This document shows, one piece after another, positions 1-9,422 of a stretch of DNA of 64,000 nt. Location of the stretch: contig JAEOTH010000109.1 of the NCBI GenBank assembly GCA_016839915.1, forward strand, positions 4,439 through 68,438, in the 5' to 3' direction. This DNA is from Promethearchaeota archaeon. Lineage in GTDB: Archaea > Asgardarchaeota > Lokiarchaeia > Sigyniarchaeales > SOKP01. Position numbers and translations under genes: made by a program. The notes under the pieces were generated by a model, which worked only from the letters and a program-made list of their open reading frames with translations, searched no databases and had not been told where the DNA came from. How positions within the stretch are numbered: position 1 is the stretch's first letter; each line of letters opens with the position of its first letter.

Positions 1-215
1 TCTAGGGCCATATCTCTGGATAAAGAACGCAGAATTTCGGGTTTTCCTCTTGGAAAATACTTATAAATTAATGATATGTTGACACTCGCTAATTCGGCGA
101 TCTTATTTGTTCTAGTTTGTGCATATCCTTTTTCCTTGATAAGTTTGAGTGTTACTCTTTTTATGCGATCAATTGTTAGTAGTTTATTCCTTTTTCTCTT
201 CTTTGTTTGGCTCAT
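1..215 (-). CDS. TetR/AcrR-family transcriptional regulator, N-terminal HTH part (3' end lies beyond the window start)
   Basis: Own minus-strand translation from ATG at 213-215: MSQTKKRKRNKLLTIDRIKRVTLKLIKEKGYAQTRTNKIAELASVNISLIYKYFPRGKPEIL. This is a typical TetR HTH. It is divergent from the ABC permease genes. Confidence 0.6.
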   Translation of the reverse strand, partial: MSQTKKRKRNKLLTIDRIKRVTLKLIKEKGYAQTRTNKIAELASVNISLIYKYFPRGKPEILRSLSRDMAL

Positions 216-329
216 CTTAAAGGGATATTATATTAATTAAATTACATAAGTGGCGATAAGATTTATTAAGTAAGTAACAGTTACTTACTTATAAATAAAC
301 TTAACTCATATATAATAATTATGGTTTAA

Positions 330-1325
330 ATGAGTGAAAGAAAATCATCCACAGAAGTAGTGTCTTGGATTTTTAAAAACATTAAATTCATTGTTATACC
401 TGGATTAAAGAAAAAAGAATTATCAATACGTGAGTCTGAATATAATAAAACTAATGGTAAAAGAAAAAGGCGTTCTCTAGTAAAATCAAAGATTACCCTA
501 ATTAGTATAATTATAATTTTCATCGTTATTTCATTTGCAGTTTTTGGAACTTGGCTCTCTCCATATACTTTTGAGCAAGCAAATCTTATAGCTTCTTATT
601 CTAGTGAATCTTTTGACGCACCATCTCAAGACCATCCATTAGGCCAAACATTTCTAGGATATGATGTTTTAGCAAGAATAATATATGGTGCTCGATCAAC
701 CTTACTAATAAGTGTTTCAGCAGTTGCAATTAGTCTTATAATAGGAGTTTTATTAGGATTAATTGCTGCTTTTTATGGTGGCTGGTTAGATACAGTTTTA
801 ATGAGAATTATGGATATTATTCTGGCATTTCCAGGAATCGTTTTAGCTATTGCAATTATAGCAATATCTGCTGAAAAAACCCTTGCTCCACCAGATAAAT
901 CTTTTACAAAACTAATAATTATTTTTGGTTTAATTGGTATTCCATATTTTGCTCGTTTAATTAGAGCATCAGCAATACAAGTTCGAGATTTACCTTATGT
1001 GAGTGCGGCTAAATTGGTGGGAGCAAGTAATATGAGACTAATATTTCGACATATTCTGCCAAATTGTATTCAGCCACTTATTATTTCTTTTACACATAGG
1101 ATAGGAGGAGTGATTATCAATTTATCAATACTTTCTTTTTTAGGCTTTGGTGATCCTCGACTAATTGAATGGGGCAATGATATCTCTGCTTCAGTATATA
1201 ATATGAGAAATGCTCCTTGGGCTTTAATATATCCTAGCTTTATGATTTTAATAACTGTACTTGCTTTTATGTTATTGGGCGATGGTTTAAGAGAATCCTT
1301 AGACCCATTACTAAGGAATATGTAG
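330..1325 (+). CDS. ABC transporter permease, OppC/DppC-like (peptide/nickel family)
   Basis: 331 aa, multi-TM. EAA-loop region SAAKLVGASNMRLIFRHILPN and a C-terminal GDGLRESLDP motif are typical of OppC/DppC. True start may lie downstream of 330. Confidence 0.85.
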   Translation: MSERKSSTEVVSWIFKNIKFIVIPGLKKKELSIRESEYNKTNGKRKRRSLVKSKITLISIIIIFIVISFAVFGTWLSPYTFEQANLIASYSSESFDAPSQDHPLGQTFLGYDVLARIIYGARSTLLISVSAVAISLIIGVLLGLIAAFYGGWLDTVLMRIMDIILAFPGIVLAIAIIAISAEKTLAPPDKSFTKLIIIFGLIGIPYFARLIRASAIQVRDLPYVSAAKLVGASNMRLIFRHILPNCIQPLIISFTHRIGGVIINLSILSFLGFGDPRLIEWGNDISASVYNMRNAPWALIYPSFMILITVLAFMLLGDGLRESLDPLLRNM

Positions 1326-1335
1326 AGGGAAAAAT

Positions 1336-2358
1336 ATGAAATTATTTAAGTATATTCTGAAAAGAATTTTAATATCATTTGCTTCTATTCTTGGAGTTAT
1401 CACTATTGCGTTTTTTATTACTAGAGCTCTTCCAGGAGATCCTATTTGGGATAGACTACCGCAATGGGCAACTTACCAAGATTATTTAGAGGAAGTTGCA
1501 TACTTAGGGTTTGATAAACCAATACATATTCAATATTTGATATTTATGAAAAACATACTTATAGGTAACTGGGGTCTTTCTTTAACTATTGCATTAAAAA
1601 CGCCAGTTTGGGATATTATTTTCGCACAATTACCAAGAACATTAGAGATAATGTTTATTAGCATGAGTATAGCTATATTTTTTGGGTTGCGTTTAGGAAA
1701 AATATCTGCGGCTAATTATAAAAAATCCAAAGATACAATAATTAGGATTTTCACTTATATAATGATTTCAATTCCTAGTTTCGTCGTTTTAATATTTATA
1801 ATGCAATTATATGTTCATACACCATTCAGAATATTTCCGTTATATGGTTACAAAACTCCAGGTTATCCAGAACCTCCAATAATAACTCATATACGTCTTA
1901 TCGATACACTTATTTCAGGTAAGCTATATCTTTTTTTTGACTACGTATGGCATTTAATCGTTCCTGTATCTGCTTTGACAATTGTACAATTAGTTGTTAT
2001 TGTCCAGCAAACAAGAGGAAAAATGCTAGAAGTCTTACAGAAAGATTACATAAATACTGCCATAGCTAAAGGATGTAGAAAGAAAGATGTACTAAAAAGA
2101 CATGCTCTAAAGAATGCCGCAACTCCCGCAATTATTGTCTCAAGTATGGGATTTCCTATAGTTTTGGGTGGAATGATTGCTATAGAAAGAATTTATAATA
2201 TGCAGGGATTAGGAGCTTTATTCTTTCTAGCTATAGAATCCTTAGACTATCCTGTCATTGTCGCTTGTATTTATGTTTTTGCCATAGTGGTAATAATTTT
2301 TAATTTAATTGCGGATATATTTGTTGCGATTATTGATCCTCGAGTTAAATTAAAATAA
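1336..2358 (+). CDS. ABC transporter permease, OppB/DppB-like
   Basis: 340 aa. N-terminal ILKRIL..FFITRALPGDP, YINTAIAKG..K.VLKRHALKNA and C-terminal IDPRVK are hallmark OppB/DppB motifs. It starts 11 nt after the preceding permease. Confidence 0.85.
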   Translation: MKLFKYILKRILISFASILGVITIAFFITRALPGDPIWDRLPQWATYQDYLEEVAYLGFDKPIHIQYLIFMKNILIGNWGLSLTIALKTPVWDIIFAQLPRTLEIMFISMSIAIFFGLRLGKISAANYKKSKDTIIRIFTYIMISIPSFVVLIFIMQLYVHTPFRIFPLYGYKTPGYPEPPIITHIRLIDTLISGKLYLFFDYVWHLIVPVSALTIVQLVVIVQQTRGKMLEVLQKDYINTAIAKGCRKKDVLKRHALKNAATPAIIVSSMGFPIVLGGMIAIERIYNMQGLGALFFLAIESLDYPVIVACIYVFAIVVIIFNLIADIFVAIIDPRVKLK

Positions 2359-2424
2359 ATTCTCACCATGATACTAGGTAATTTATATTTGAATTATTAC
2401 TTAATATACTCAATTAACATTGAA

Positions 2425-2918
2425 ATGAAATTAAATGAAGCATATCTAATTCTTATATTTATAACTATAGCAATTATTTTGAGATATATACAATACCCCC
2501 TGCACCTCCAAAATCTGTTAACATTACTAATCCATCTACAGTTGATTCATGGGAAACCAAGGAAAATTATTACATTACTTGGGACTCAACGGGTCTTATT
2601 GCCAATGTGAAAATTGAACTCTTTAAGAATGATATTTTCGAGTTAGAAATTATCTCTACCACACCTAATGAGGGTAATTTTTCTTGGATTATTCCAGCTG
2701 GGCTTGAAAATTCTACACAATATCAAATAAAAATAACAGATGTATCTAATTCTTCTATATATGACTTTAGTGACCTTTTTGAGATATATGAGACACCCAC
2801 ATTATCTGATCAAGATGACATTCCTGGTTATGATTTATTGATCTTATTTTTTGGTTCAATAGTAATTATAATAGGAGTAATTGTCTTGTTAAGCAAAAAA
2901 AAAACTGGAATTGCTTAA
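2425..2918 (+). pseudogene. Small secreted/anchored Ser/Thr-rich surface protein, frame-disrupted near the C5 run at 2496-2500. The intact ORF piece is 2607..2918.
   Basis: A signal-anchor-like N-terminus (MKLNEAYLILIFITIAIIL, frame of ORF 2368) lies upstream. The domain frame is open from 2439 (..IPPAPPKSVNITNPSTVDSWETKENYYITWDSTGLIANVKIELF..) but has no ATG before GTG 2607. One extra C in the C5 run would fuse the two frames. The C-terminus IPGYDLLILFFGSIVIIIGVIVLLSKKK resembles a PGF-CTERM-like anchor. Confidence 0.45.
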
Positions 2919-2973
2919 TTTTTTATTATATTTCTTTCTTTTTTTTAAATTAAAAAGATTGTTTTTAATTAGG

Positions 2974-4896
2974 TTAGATTTTTAACTTAGTTCTCCAAAA
3001 GTTCATTTTACTTCTTAACTCATCTTTTTCAATATTATTAAGTAAATTCATGTTGCTTTTTAGAGGGTTTATGCTCATTCTAATTTGCCTTAAAATAGCA
3101 CTGAATCCTTTTCTCTCAAGTATATCGTCTTGAAGTTTCTCTAAAAGCAGGCTAATTTGTTCTCCTGGTAGTGTATCAATCTTTCCTAAAATATTATCAA
3201 ATTGAGTTGAAAGAAGAGCATCTGTTGATATCGTTGTACTTGGTTGGATATCTGGTGTTGACTTCATAGGTTCTATTTGAGTTCTTAAAGGTTCAGGGGG
3301 GAGGGGAGCAGTTTTAGGAGGGATTTGGGCAGATTTTTTTGGTGTTGGCGGAGTAATGGGTTTTTGAAATTGTGGTTGTTGGATACTTGATTCAGGAGCA
3401 TGCCTTATTGCTTGTGTAATCTCCACTTGCTCAAATTTTTTGCTTTGAATCCACACATCCTCTAAAACTGCAGCGAATAATTTTACATGTTCTTCTAATA
3501 CTGAACCCATTCCAGCTATTTCAAAATCTCCTGTATCTGTCTTTGATACAACGCATACTACCACTTCTTCGAAATCTTTATTTATTGACCATAAATTTTC
3601 TCTAGGATAATGTCTTATTGTTATATTTGGATAATCTGATACTTGTTTAAATCTGATTTGAGCATCCGGACTATTTAAATCGAAATTTGTTGAGATTCTA
3701 ACATTAATATGTTTTTTTAATCTGGTTAAAGCAACTAAATCAATGTCCTCTAACTTAGGTGCAGTGACGTGAACTCTCATTTTGACACGAGATAATGATT
3801 CATTTATTTGCGCTTTGATTCCTTCTATACTTCTTACAAACCATACATCTTTAAAGCTTAGCAAAGAAGCTTGTTTTGAACGCTCCCAGAATTCTTGCAT
3901 TGTCATCTCTGCACTCTCTAGTTGATTTATGATGTTATTGATAATATCATCTTGTATTGCTTCAAAGATTTCTTTTCGAAATAAGTCTTTAAGTTCATTT
4001 ATCCCTGAAATAATATCATCATAGAGACCTGAAACTCTTTTTTCTAAATCTTCTAATGTTGTAACCATTCCACTCTGGATATCAGTAAATACGGTACTTA
4101 AGTCGGTACTGATTTCACCCGCAGTATCAGTAATACTTCCTAACTGATTTATGACTTGATCCAACATGTTTTGAGTAGTCTGAACGAATTTATCCCGAAA
4201 GGCTTTTGAGATTTCTGCAAATTGCTCGGAGATTACTTTAGAGACAATTTTCTCCGCCATGCTACTTAAGGCGCCAATTCTGAATTGCTTTTCGAATCTA
4301 GTTGCGATTTCTGATTTTACTGAATCTAAACGAGCTTCCATTGCTTCAAAATCTCTGGTTATATCTGCGGGAACAATTTCTTTTAAATTAAGAATAAACT
4401 TTCTTACGTCTTGAAATCTTTTTACTTGATCAAGTTCATTCTCAAATCTATCAAATTGTGTTTTAATTTGAGCAGGTAATTTTGTTTTCATTATTTGAAG
4501 GTAATTCTTATAATCATCTAATTTCTTTAGCTTTGCAGAGTGTTGTTCTAAAGAGTCAAACTTTTCTTGGATATTTTTAGGGGCAATTTGTTGAAAATCT
4601 TTTATAGCTTCTTTAAATTGATGAATCTGGCCTACAAGTGCAGCATAAGGAGGTAAAGCTTCATAAATTGGTGTTTTTCCAGGAATTTGTTTAAGGAGAC
4701 CTTTTTCAAATAAATTATTTGCTATTTCCTTTGCCCTATCTTCTGCAATATCTGTAAGAAGAGCAATTTCTCCAATCATCACAGGACCTCTTCCTGTAAT
4801 CTTAAAGTATGTGTTGACCTCATCATGAGCTAATCCAATGAGTTCTAGAACATTCTTTGTAGCAGAATCTTCTTCTCCTGACAAATTGCTCACCAC
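2974..4896 (-). CDS. TrmB-like winged-helix protein with long coiled-coil, TrmB-C-like domain and Pro-rich C-terminal region
   Basis: 640 aa. The N-terminus (VLELIGLAHDEVNTYFKITGRGPVMIGEIALLTDIAEDRAKEIANNLFEKGLLKQ) looks like a TrmB-type HTH. About 250 aa of heptad-like sequence follows, then a PPTPKKSAQIPPKTAPLPPEP linker. SD AGGAGG sits just upstream and the start is GTG. Confidence 0.55.
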   Translation of the reverse strand: MVSNLSGEEDSATKNVLELIGLAHDEVNTYFKITGRGPVMIGEIALLTDIAEDRAKEIANNLFEKGLLKQIPGKTPIYEALPPYAALVGQIHQFKEAIKDFQQIAPKNIQEKFDSLEQHSAKLKKLDDYKNYLQIMKTKLPAQIKTQFDRFENELDQVKRFQDVRKFILNLKEIVPADITRDFEAMEARLDSVKSEIATRFEKQFRIGALSSMAEKIVSKVISEQFAEISKAFRDKFVQTTQNMLDQVINQLGSITDTAGEISTDLSTVFTDIQSGMVTTLEDLEKRVSGLYDDIISGINELKDLFRKEIFEAIQDDIINNIINQLESAEMTMQEFWERSKQASLLSFKDVWFVRSIEGIKAQINESLSRVKMRVHVTAPKLEDIDLVALTRLKKHINVRISTNFDLNSPDAQIRFKQVSDYPNITIRHYPRENLWSINKDFEEVVVCVVSKTDTGDFEIAGMGSVLEEHVKLFAAVLEDVWIQSKKFEQVEITQAIRHAPESSIQQPQFQKPITPPTPKKSAQIPPKTAPLPPEPLRTQIEPMKSTPDIQPSTTISTDALLSTQFDNILGKIDTLPGEQISLLLEKLQDDILERKGFSAILRQIRMSINPLKSNMNLLNNIEKDELRSKMNFWRTKLKI

Positions 4897-4903
4897 CTCC
4901 TAG

Positions 4904-6031
4904 TTATTTTTTATATGCAGCTTCAAGAAATTCTAAATGTTTAATTGCTACATTTTTATTTATTTTTCCTTCCATTCTATCTTTACGAATCCTTTCAATT
5001 AAATATTCCGGATAAAAAGTCTGGACAACTATATCAGTTAATAAGAATACCCAATGTATATCTTTACTATCCTTAATTACTTTAAGAATTTGATCATCTT
5101 CCATTTCCTTTAAGAAACTTCCTATTTGATCTAGGCTCTCTCCAGGACCTTTTGGAATTTTATTTATAGGATAAGTTCTCTCTCTAAATAAAGTTATGTA
5201 ATCATAATTGTCTGGATTCATTAATGTACGAGCTATTTTTAAGTTATCCTCAAAAGTAGGTTTATAATTTTTGAAAAATTGAGTGACTTCTTTAAGATAT
5301 AATGAGGCAACCTCTGTATTTGGAAGATTTTTCTTGGCATCTTCGATTAACTTAGATACAGGCGATCTAAAAATAGCAAAATCAGTGAGAAGAAACAAGG
5401 TTATATCAGTATCACCCTCAACCCAATCTTGCATTAACAAACCAGTTTTGATAAATGGATCCAAAATATATTCGATATTTGGGATTATTTTTTCTAATTT
5501 ATCTTCTATAATCCCTTGAAGTTCCCGTCTAGATAACGATCTTTCCTGCAAAGCCTCTAATATCGTCCGTGCTTTTTCACTAGTATAAATTTGTGCTAAT
5601 CTTTGCTCTTTTGACAAATTTTTTAGTCGATCTAAAAGTATTAAAGTATTTCTAAGATAAAGTTTTATATTTTTCACAATTTCATAGCTTTGGGAAACAT
5701 TAGTACTCATTTGCCTTAGATATTTCAGTAAATCATCGTTAATCTCTTTTAATACAGTATCACCGAACATTTCTGGATCTTCTCCTAATTCTAACATTAA
5801 ATTTATCATAATAGGCATATCTGATTCCATACCAGTAAAATAACTTGATACATTAGAGCGTGCTTTTTCTAGTCGTACCAAAACATTTCCTGCTGCTCCC
5901 GCACCTGTAATATGTGCATAAAAGATTCGCATCATATCATCCAAATCAATTACAAGATCTTCTGGATAACTTAGTTTGACAACTAATCCTTGATCTTCTG
6001 TCCATTCAGTTATTATATAACCATGTGGCAT
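4904..6031 (-). CDS. Hypothetical cytosolic protein with a small N-terminal alpha/beta (longin/roadblock-like?) domain
   Basis: 375 aa with no TM segment. Its start abuts the stop of the upstream gene (6032). The N-terminal ~110 aa resemble the N-terminus of ORF 21171..22217 (..YPEDL.IDL...SSYFTG.. versus ..FPENICEDL...ASFFTG..). Confidence 0.5.
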   Translation of the reverse strand: MPHGYIITEWTEDQGLVVKLSYPEDLVIDLDDMMRIFYAHITGAGAAGNVLVRLEKARSNVSSYFTGMESDMPIMINLMLELGEDPEMFGDTVLKEINDDLLKYLRQMSTNVSQSYEIVKNIKLYLRNTLILLDRLKNLSKEQRLAQIYTSEKARTILEALQERSLSRRELQGIIEDKLEKIIPNIEYILDPFIKTGLLMQDWVEGDTDITLFLLTDFAIFRSPVSKLIEDAKKNLPNTEVASLYLKEVTQFFKNYKPTFEDNLKIARTLMNPDNYDYITLFRERTYPINKIPKGPGESLDQIGSFLKEMEDDQILKVIKDSKDIHWVFLLTDIVVQTFYPEYLIERIRKDRMEGKINKNVAIKHLEFLEAAYKK

Positions 6032-7582
6032 TCAAATCTCTCCTTCTTTTTTTATTAACATTTTTTCAATTTTTGCAACCTCTTCAGGTTCAAAATTTAA
6101 AATATTCTTTTTTTCATTCAGATTATCTTGAATTATATCCTCTCGCTTATTAACTAATACTGGTTTCTTAATTCTTCCTTTCCTAACTTTTTTCTTCAAT
6201 TTTCTTATTTTCCTAACCGTTAAAGGATATTTAAAATGTAATTGATATACGCTAAACGCTATAACAATACCAATAATTCCAGAAGTTAAGCCAATAACAA
6301 GAGGACTTAAATCAGCTTCTGGTGTGATAAAAATATATGAAATATAAAGGTACATATCATCAATAGAGATAGATAATGTTCGATTTAATTCAAATGTATT
6401 AGCTAGATATAATTGTATTGAAATTGATATATTGACTCCTTCTCTAAATAAAGCGGTAAAATCTGTTCCTTTAAATCTAACATGTTGTAAGGAAGTAGAT
6501 AAAGTACTAAATTCAATTGTTTCTCTGTAGGGATTATCATTAATGAGAATTCTTATTTCTGAAAATGGAGATAAATCATATGGCCAAATTTCATTTATAG
6601 TATAGTTAAAGGTCAATAAGGCATCTCTAATTTGAACGTTTTCACCGTTTATTGAATTTCCAACTTGATTTAAAGATACTGATGTAAACTTTTCTATTTT
6701 CTTTTCATAGGTAAATGTTAAATTACAATCCTTAATCCTAAGGGAATTATAAGTATCGGTATCAGCACCTCTGCTATCTTCGGAGTAAATATCTATTCCT
6801 AAAGTAATGGTAAAATTTGAGTGAGTTGGATCTTTTTCAAAAGCAGAATTCAAAGCAGTAATTAGTACATTTTGGCTATAAAATTCTATTAATTTGTCTG
6901 AAATTGTTAAGGGCCCTGTATTTCGTCCCAGATTCACAGTTCTATTAAGAGCTACTGGATATGAGTTTTTAAAATCGACATCAGAAATTAAAACATAAAA
7001 AGTGATAAAATCACCAATAGCGTAATATGGTGGATCATCATCTTTGACCTCAACATCAAGAGCTACAGTTGCATTGAAGACAACATCCATAAATGCTGAT
7101 GTTATAGTATATTTTGACATGTCTTCATTCAATGATACATTTTTCCTAAAATGAACTCCAGGAAATTGGTTTGATCCCTCAGACCATGTATGATCTACAT
7201 AACAGCCATAAGAGTCAATATAACTATTAATTGGCAAATAAGAGTTTGGTTTTGTAAATCTCTTCCAACCTGGTGAATTTGTGGAATTTGGAACACCATA
7301 AATTGTATAAGTTTTTTTCTCACCTAATACATGCAAATTAGCTTTACCTCCGCTTATATCAGCATCAACTGATGAATTATCACCTTCATTACCATTAATA
7401 AATGACCAACCTTCTTGAGTAGAGAAATCATTGTTCTCTAACCATTGCTGTTGGGTTGACAAACAGAGATTTCCAACATAACTTTTGTTAGATATATAAT
7501 TTCTTTGGTTATAATTATTTATTTGAATTATGAAAAAGATGAAAGTAATTATTGCTAGATAATGTTGATTTCTTTTTTTCAT
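6032..7582 (-). CDS. Single-pass surface protein: signal anchor, sequon-rich ectodomain, TM segment and basic cytoplasmic tail (paralog A)
   Basis: 516 aa. N-terminal hydrophobic segment, many N-x-S/T sites, C-terminal TM LVIGLTSGIIGIVIAFSVY followed by FKYPLTVRKIRKLKKKVRKGR. Clearly paralogous to 7619..9238. Confidence 0.7.
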   Translation of the reverse strand: MKKRNQHYLAIITFIFFIIQINNYNQRNYISNKSYVGNLCLSTQQQWLENNDFSTQEGWSFINGNEGDNSSVDADISGGKANLHVLGEKKTYTIYGVPNSTNSPGWKRFTKPNSYLPINSYIDSYGCYVDHTWSEGSNQFPGVHFRKNVSLNEDMSKYTITSAFMDVVFNATVALDVEVKDDDPPYYAIGDFITFYVLISDVDFKNSYPVALNRTVNLGRNTGPLTISDKLIEFYSQNVLITALNSAFEKDPTHSNFTITLGIDIYSEDSRGADTDTYNSLRIKDCNLTFTYEKKIEKFTSVSLNQVGNSINGENVQIRDALLTFNYTINEIWPYDLSPFSEIRILINDNPYRETIEFSTLSTSLQHVRFKGTDFTALFREGVNISISIQLYLANTFELNRTLSISIDDMYLYISYIFITPEADLSPLVIGLTSGIIGIVIAFSVYQLHFKYPLTVRKIRKLKKKVRKGRIKKPVLVNKREDIIQDNLNEKKNILNFEPEEVAKIEKMLIKKEGEI

Positions 7583-7618
7583 ATTTCTTCCCTCTCAAAT
7601 CCTCTTAATTAGAGAAAT

Positions 7619-9238
7619 TTAGTTTCCTCCATTTTTTTCTAATTTAAGATCATTCTTCACCACTTCGTTGAAAGATATCTCTTTTTCAAATTCAGTGGTT
7701 CCAATCTCTAATTTATTGACACTTTCCTGCAAATAAGTGGAAATTATTCCATCTCTTCTCTCTAAATTTAATTGTTTTGATTTTCTACCCTTTCTAATTT
7801 TCATTCTTAATTTTCTTATTTTTCTTACTAATGGAGGAAATTGAAAAATTTTGAAATATAAAGTAAACACAGTAACAAGACTAATTATAGCAATGCTTAA
7901 TACTATTATTATAGGAGTCCAATTTTGACCGTATTCTTCTATAATTATATAAAGCTCAACATCATCTATCGAAATTTCTAAATTTTTGTCTAGGATAAAT
8001 GTGTCAGCAAGATATACTTGAATAGAGAGGTTAAGATCTGAATTTATATTAATAAAATTGGTAACATCATAACCCCCTATTTTTATATCTTGAAAGGAGG
8101 TATTAGCTGAACTTAACTTAATTTTAGCTCTATCATATAGTATATTATTAAAATAAATTCTAATTTCTGATAGTGGAGCTAATTCTGGCCATGTATCATT
8201 AATTTTATATTTAAAATTAAGATTAGCATCTTTAATTCTAATATTGGTGCCAGAAATCTCTTCTCCTTCCTGATTTAATGAAAGAGATGTAAAGTAATCA
8301 ATTTTTCTTTCATAAGTGATATTGATAGTACAAGATTTGAATATTAAATCTTCCCATTCGTCTCGATCTCCTCCACCTCTTCCATTATTATCTTCACAAT
8401 AAATATCTAATCCCAAAGTAATAGTAAAATCTTTATGATTTGTTGTCAAAACAGAATTCAAAGCTGCTATTAAATCTTGTTTGTCCACATAATTTAAATC
8501 GCTATCTGTAATGTTTAATATTTCGGGGTAACTTCCTAGATCTCCTTGTCCTAAAGCTACATCTCTAGTTTCAAAATTGCCTACTCTAAAAGGATAAGTA
8601 TTATTCAAATCTGATAATTCTACATAAAAATTTGCTGAATCTCCAATAAGGAACTTGTCAAAATCAATAAACCCCGTATCACTTGTTTGGTTCCAATCAT
8701 AATAACTATCTATATTTAAATTCACACTTGCATTAAAAATAACCTCTAATGAAGCGTCAGTAATAATATAATCAGACATATCTGTTGGCATACTAACGTT
8801 TTTCTTAAAATGAATGCTTGGAAAATTATGTACTTGTCCAACACCAATAGTCTCATCTAGATAGTGATATACCCAACACCCATATGATCTAATCTCATAG
8901 TCATCAGGAAGTAGATAATTGCTATTATTAAATATCCCCCAACCTGGTGAACTTGAGCTATTTGGTATCCCAGAGATTACTGTAGTAATTTTTTGTTCTC
9001 CAAGGATTCTATAACTTGAATGGTTTGCTCTCGGGATATAATCTATATCTGATGTATCTCCTTCAGTTCCATACTTCCAAAACCAAGTGGGAGAAATTGG
9101 AGAATCGAGGGTTGGATTATCTAGCCATTGTTCTCGTTCAGAGGGTTTTGGAGCAGCAATAATATAAGATCCATAAACTAGCGCTCCAATTACGAATACG
9201 CCAATTATACTACCTAATAATACTTTTTTCTTAGCCAA
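7619..9238 (-). CDS. Single-pass surface protein, paralog B of 6032..7582
   Basis: 539 aa with the same architecture. Shared blocks include INITYERKIDYFTSLSLNQEGEEISGTNIRIKDANLNFKY and the tail FQFPPLVRKIRKLRMKIRKGR. Confidence 0.7.
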   Translation of the reverse strand: MAKKKVLLGSIIGVFVIGALVYGSYIIAAPKPSEREQWLDNPTLDSPISPTWFWKYGTEGDTSDIDYIPRANHSSYRILGEQKITTVISGIPNSSSSPGWGIFNNSNYLLPDDYEIRSYGCWVYHYLDETIGVGQVHNFPSIHFKKNVSMPTDMSDYIITDASLEVIFNASVNLNIDSYYDWNQTSDTGFIDFDKFLIGDSANFYVELSDLNNTYPFRVGNFETRDVALGQGDLGSYPEILNITDSDLNYVDKQDLIAALNSVLTTNHKDFTITLGLDIYCEDNNGRGGGDRDEWEDLIFKSCTINITYERKIDYFTSLSLNQEGEEISGTNIRIKDANLNFKYKINDTWPELAPLSEIRIYFNNILYDRAKIKLSSANTSFQDIKIGGYDVTNFININSDLNLSIQVYLADTFILDKNLEISIDDVELYIIIEEYGQNWTPIIIVLSIAIISLVTVFTLYFKIFQFPPLVRKIRKLRMKIRKGRKSKQLNLERRDGIISTYLQESVNKLEIGTTEFEKEISFNEVVKNDLKLEKNGGN

Positions 9239-9422
9239 ATCTATTTACCTCAATATCTACAATTTGATTTGCGATTATAAAATTAGAATCTTATTTAGAT
9301 ATCATTTTTATAATATCAAAATCTTGGTAGATTATTCGAGTTTTTCACTACTTTTATAGGATAATAGTAGCGTTATGGCATATAAAAATCTTTTTCTCAA
9401 TAAACTTACATTTATCATTTTT

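Noticed and set aside
2368-2610. 80-aa ORF listed in the track as a possible separate gene
   Set aside because: Its first 19 codons look like noise. From MKLNEAYLIL.. it looks like the signal-anchor of the downstream surface protein read in the wrong frame after the C5 run. It is treated as part of the frame-disrupted gene 2425..2918.
5283-5519. Antisense or nested ORFs. Others of this kind include 326-523, 9685-10005, 11780-12190, 12416-12628, 12576-12800, 14046-14255, 14503-14685, 14739-15029, 15280-15522, 16905-17219 and 17663-17944.
   Set aside because: All lie inside longer ORFs that have clear family signatures or repeat structure on the opposite strand or in another frame. Their translations are low-complexity and typical of AT-rich antisense frames.
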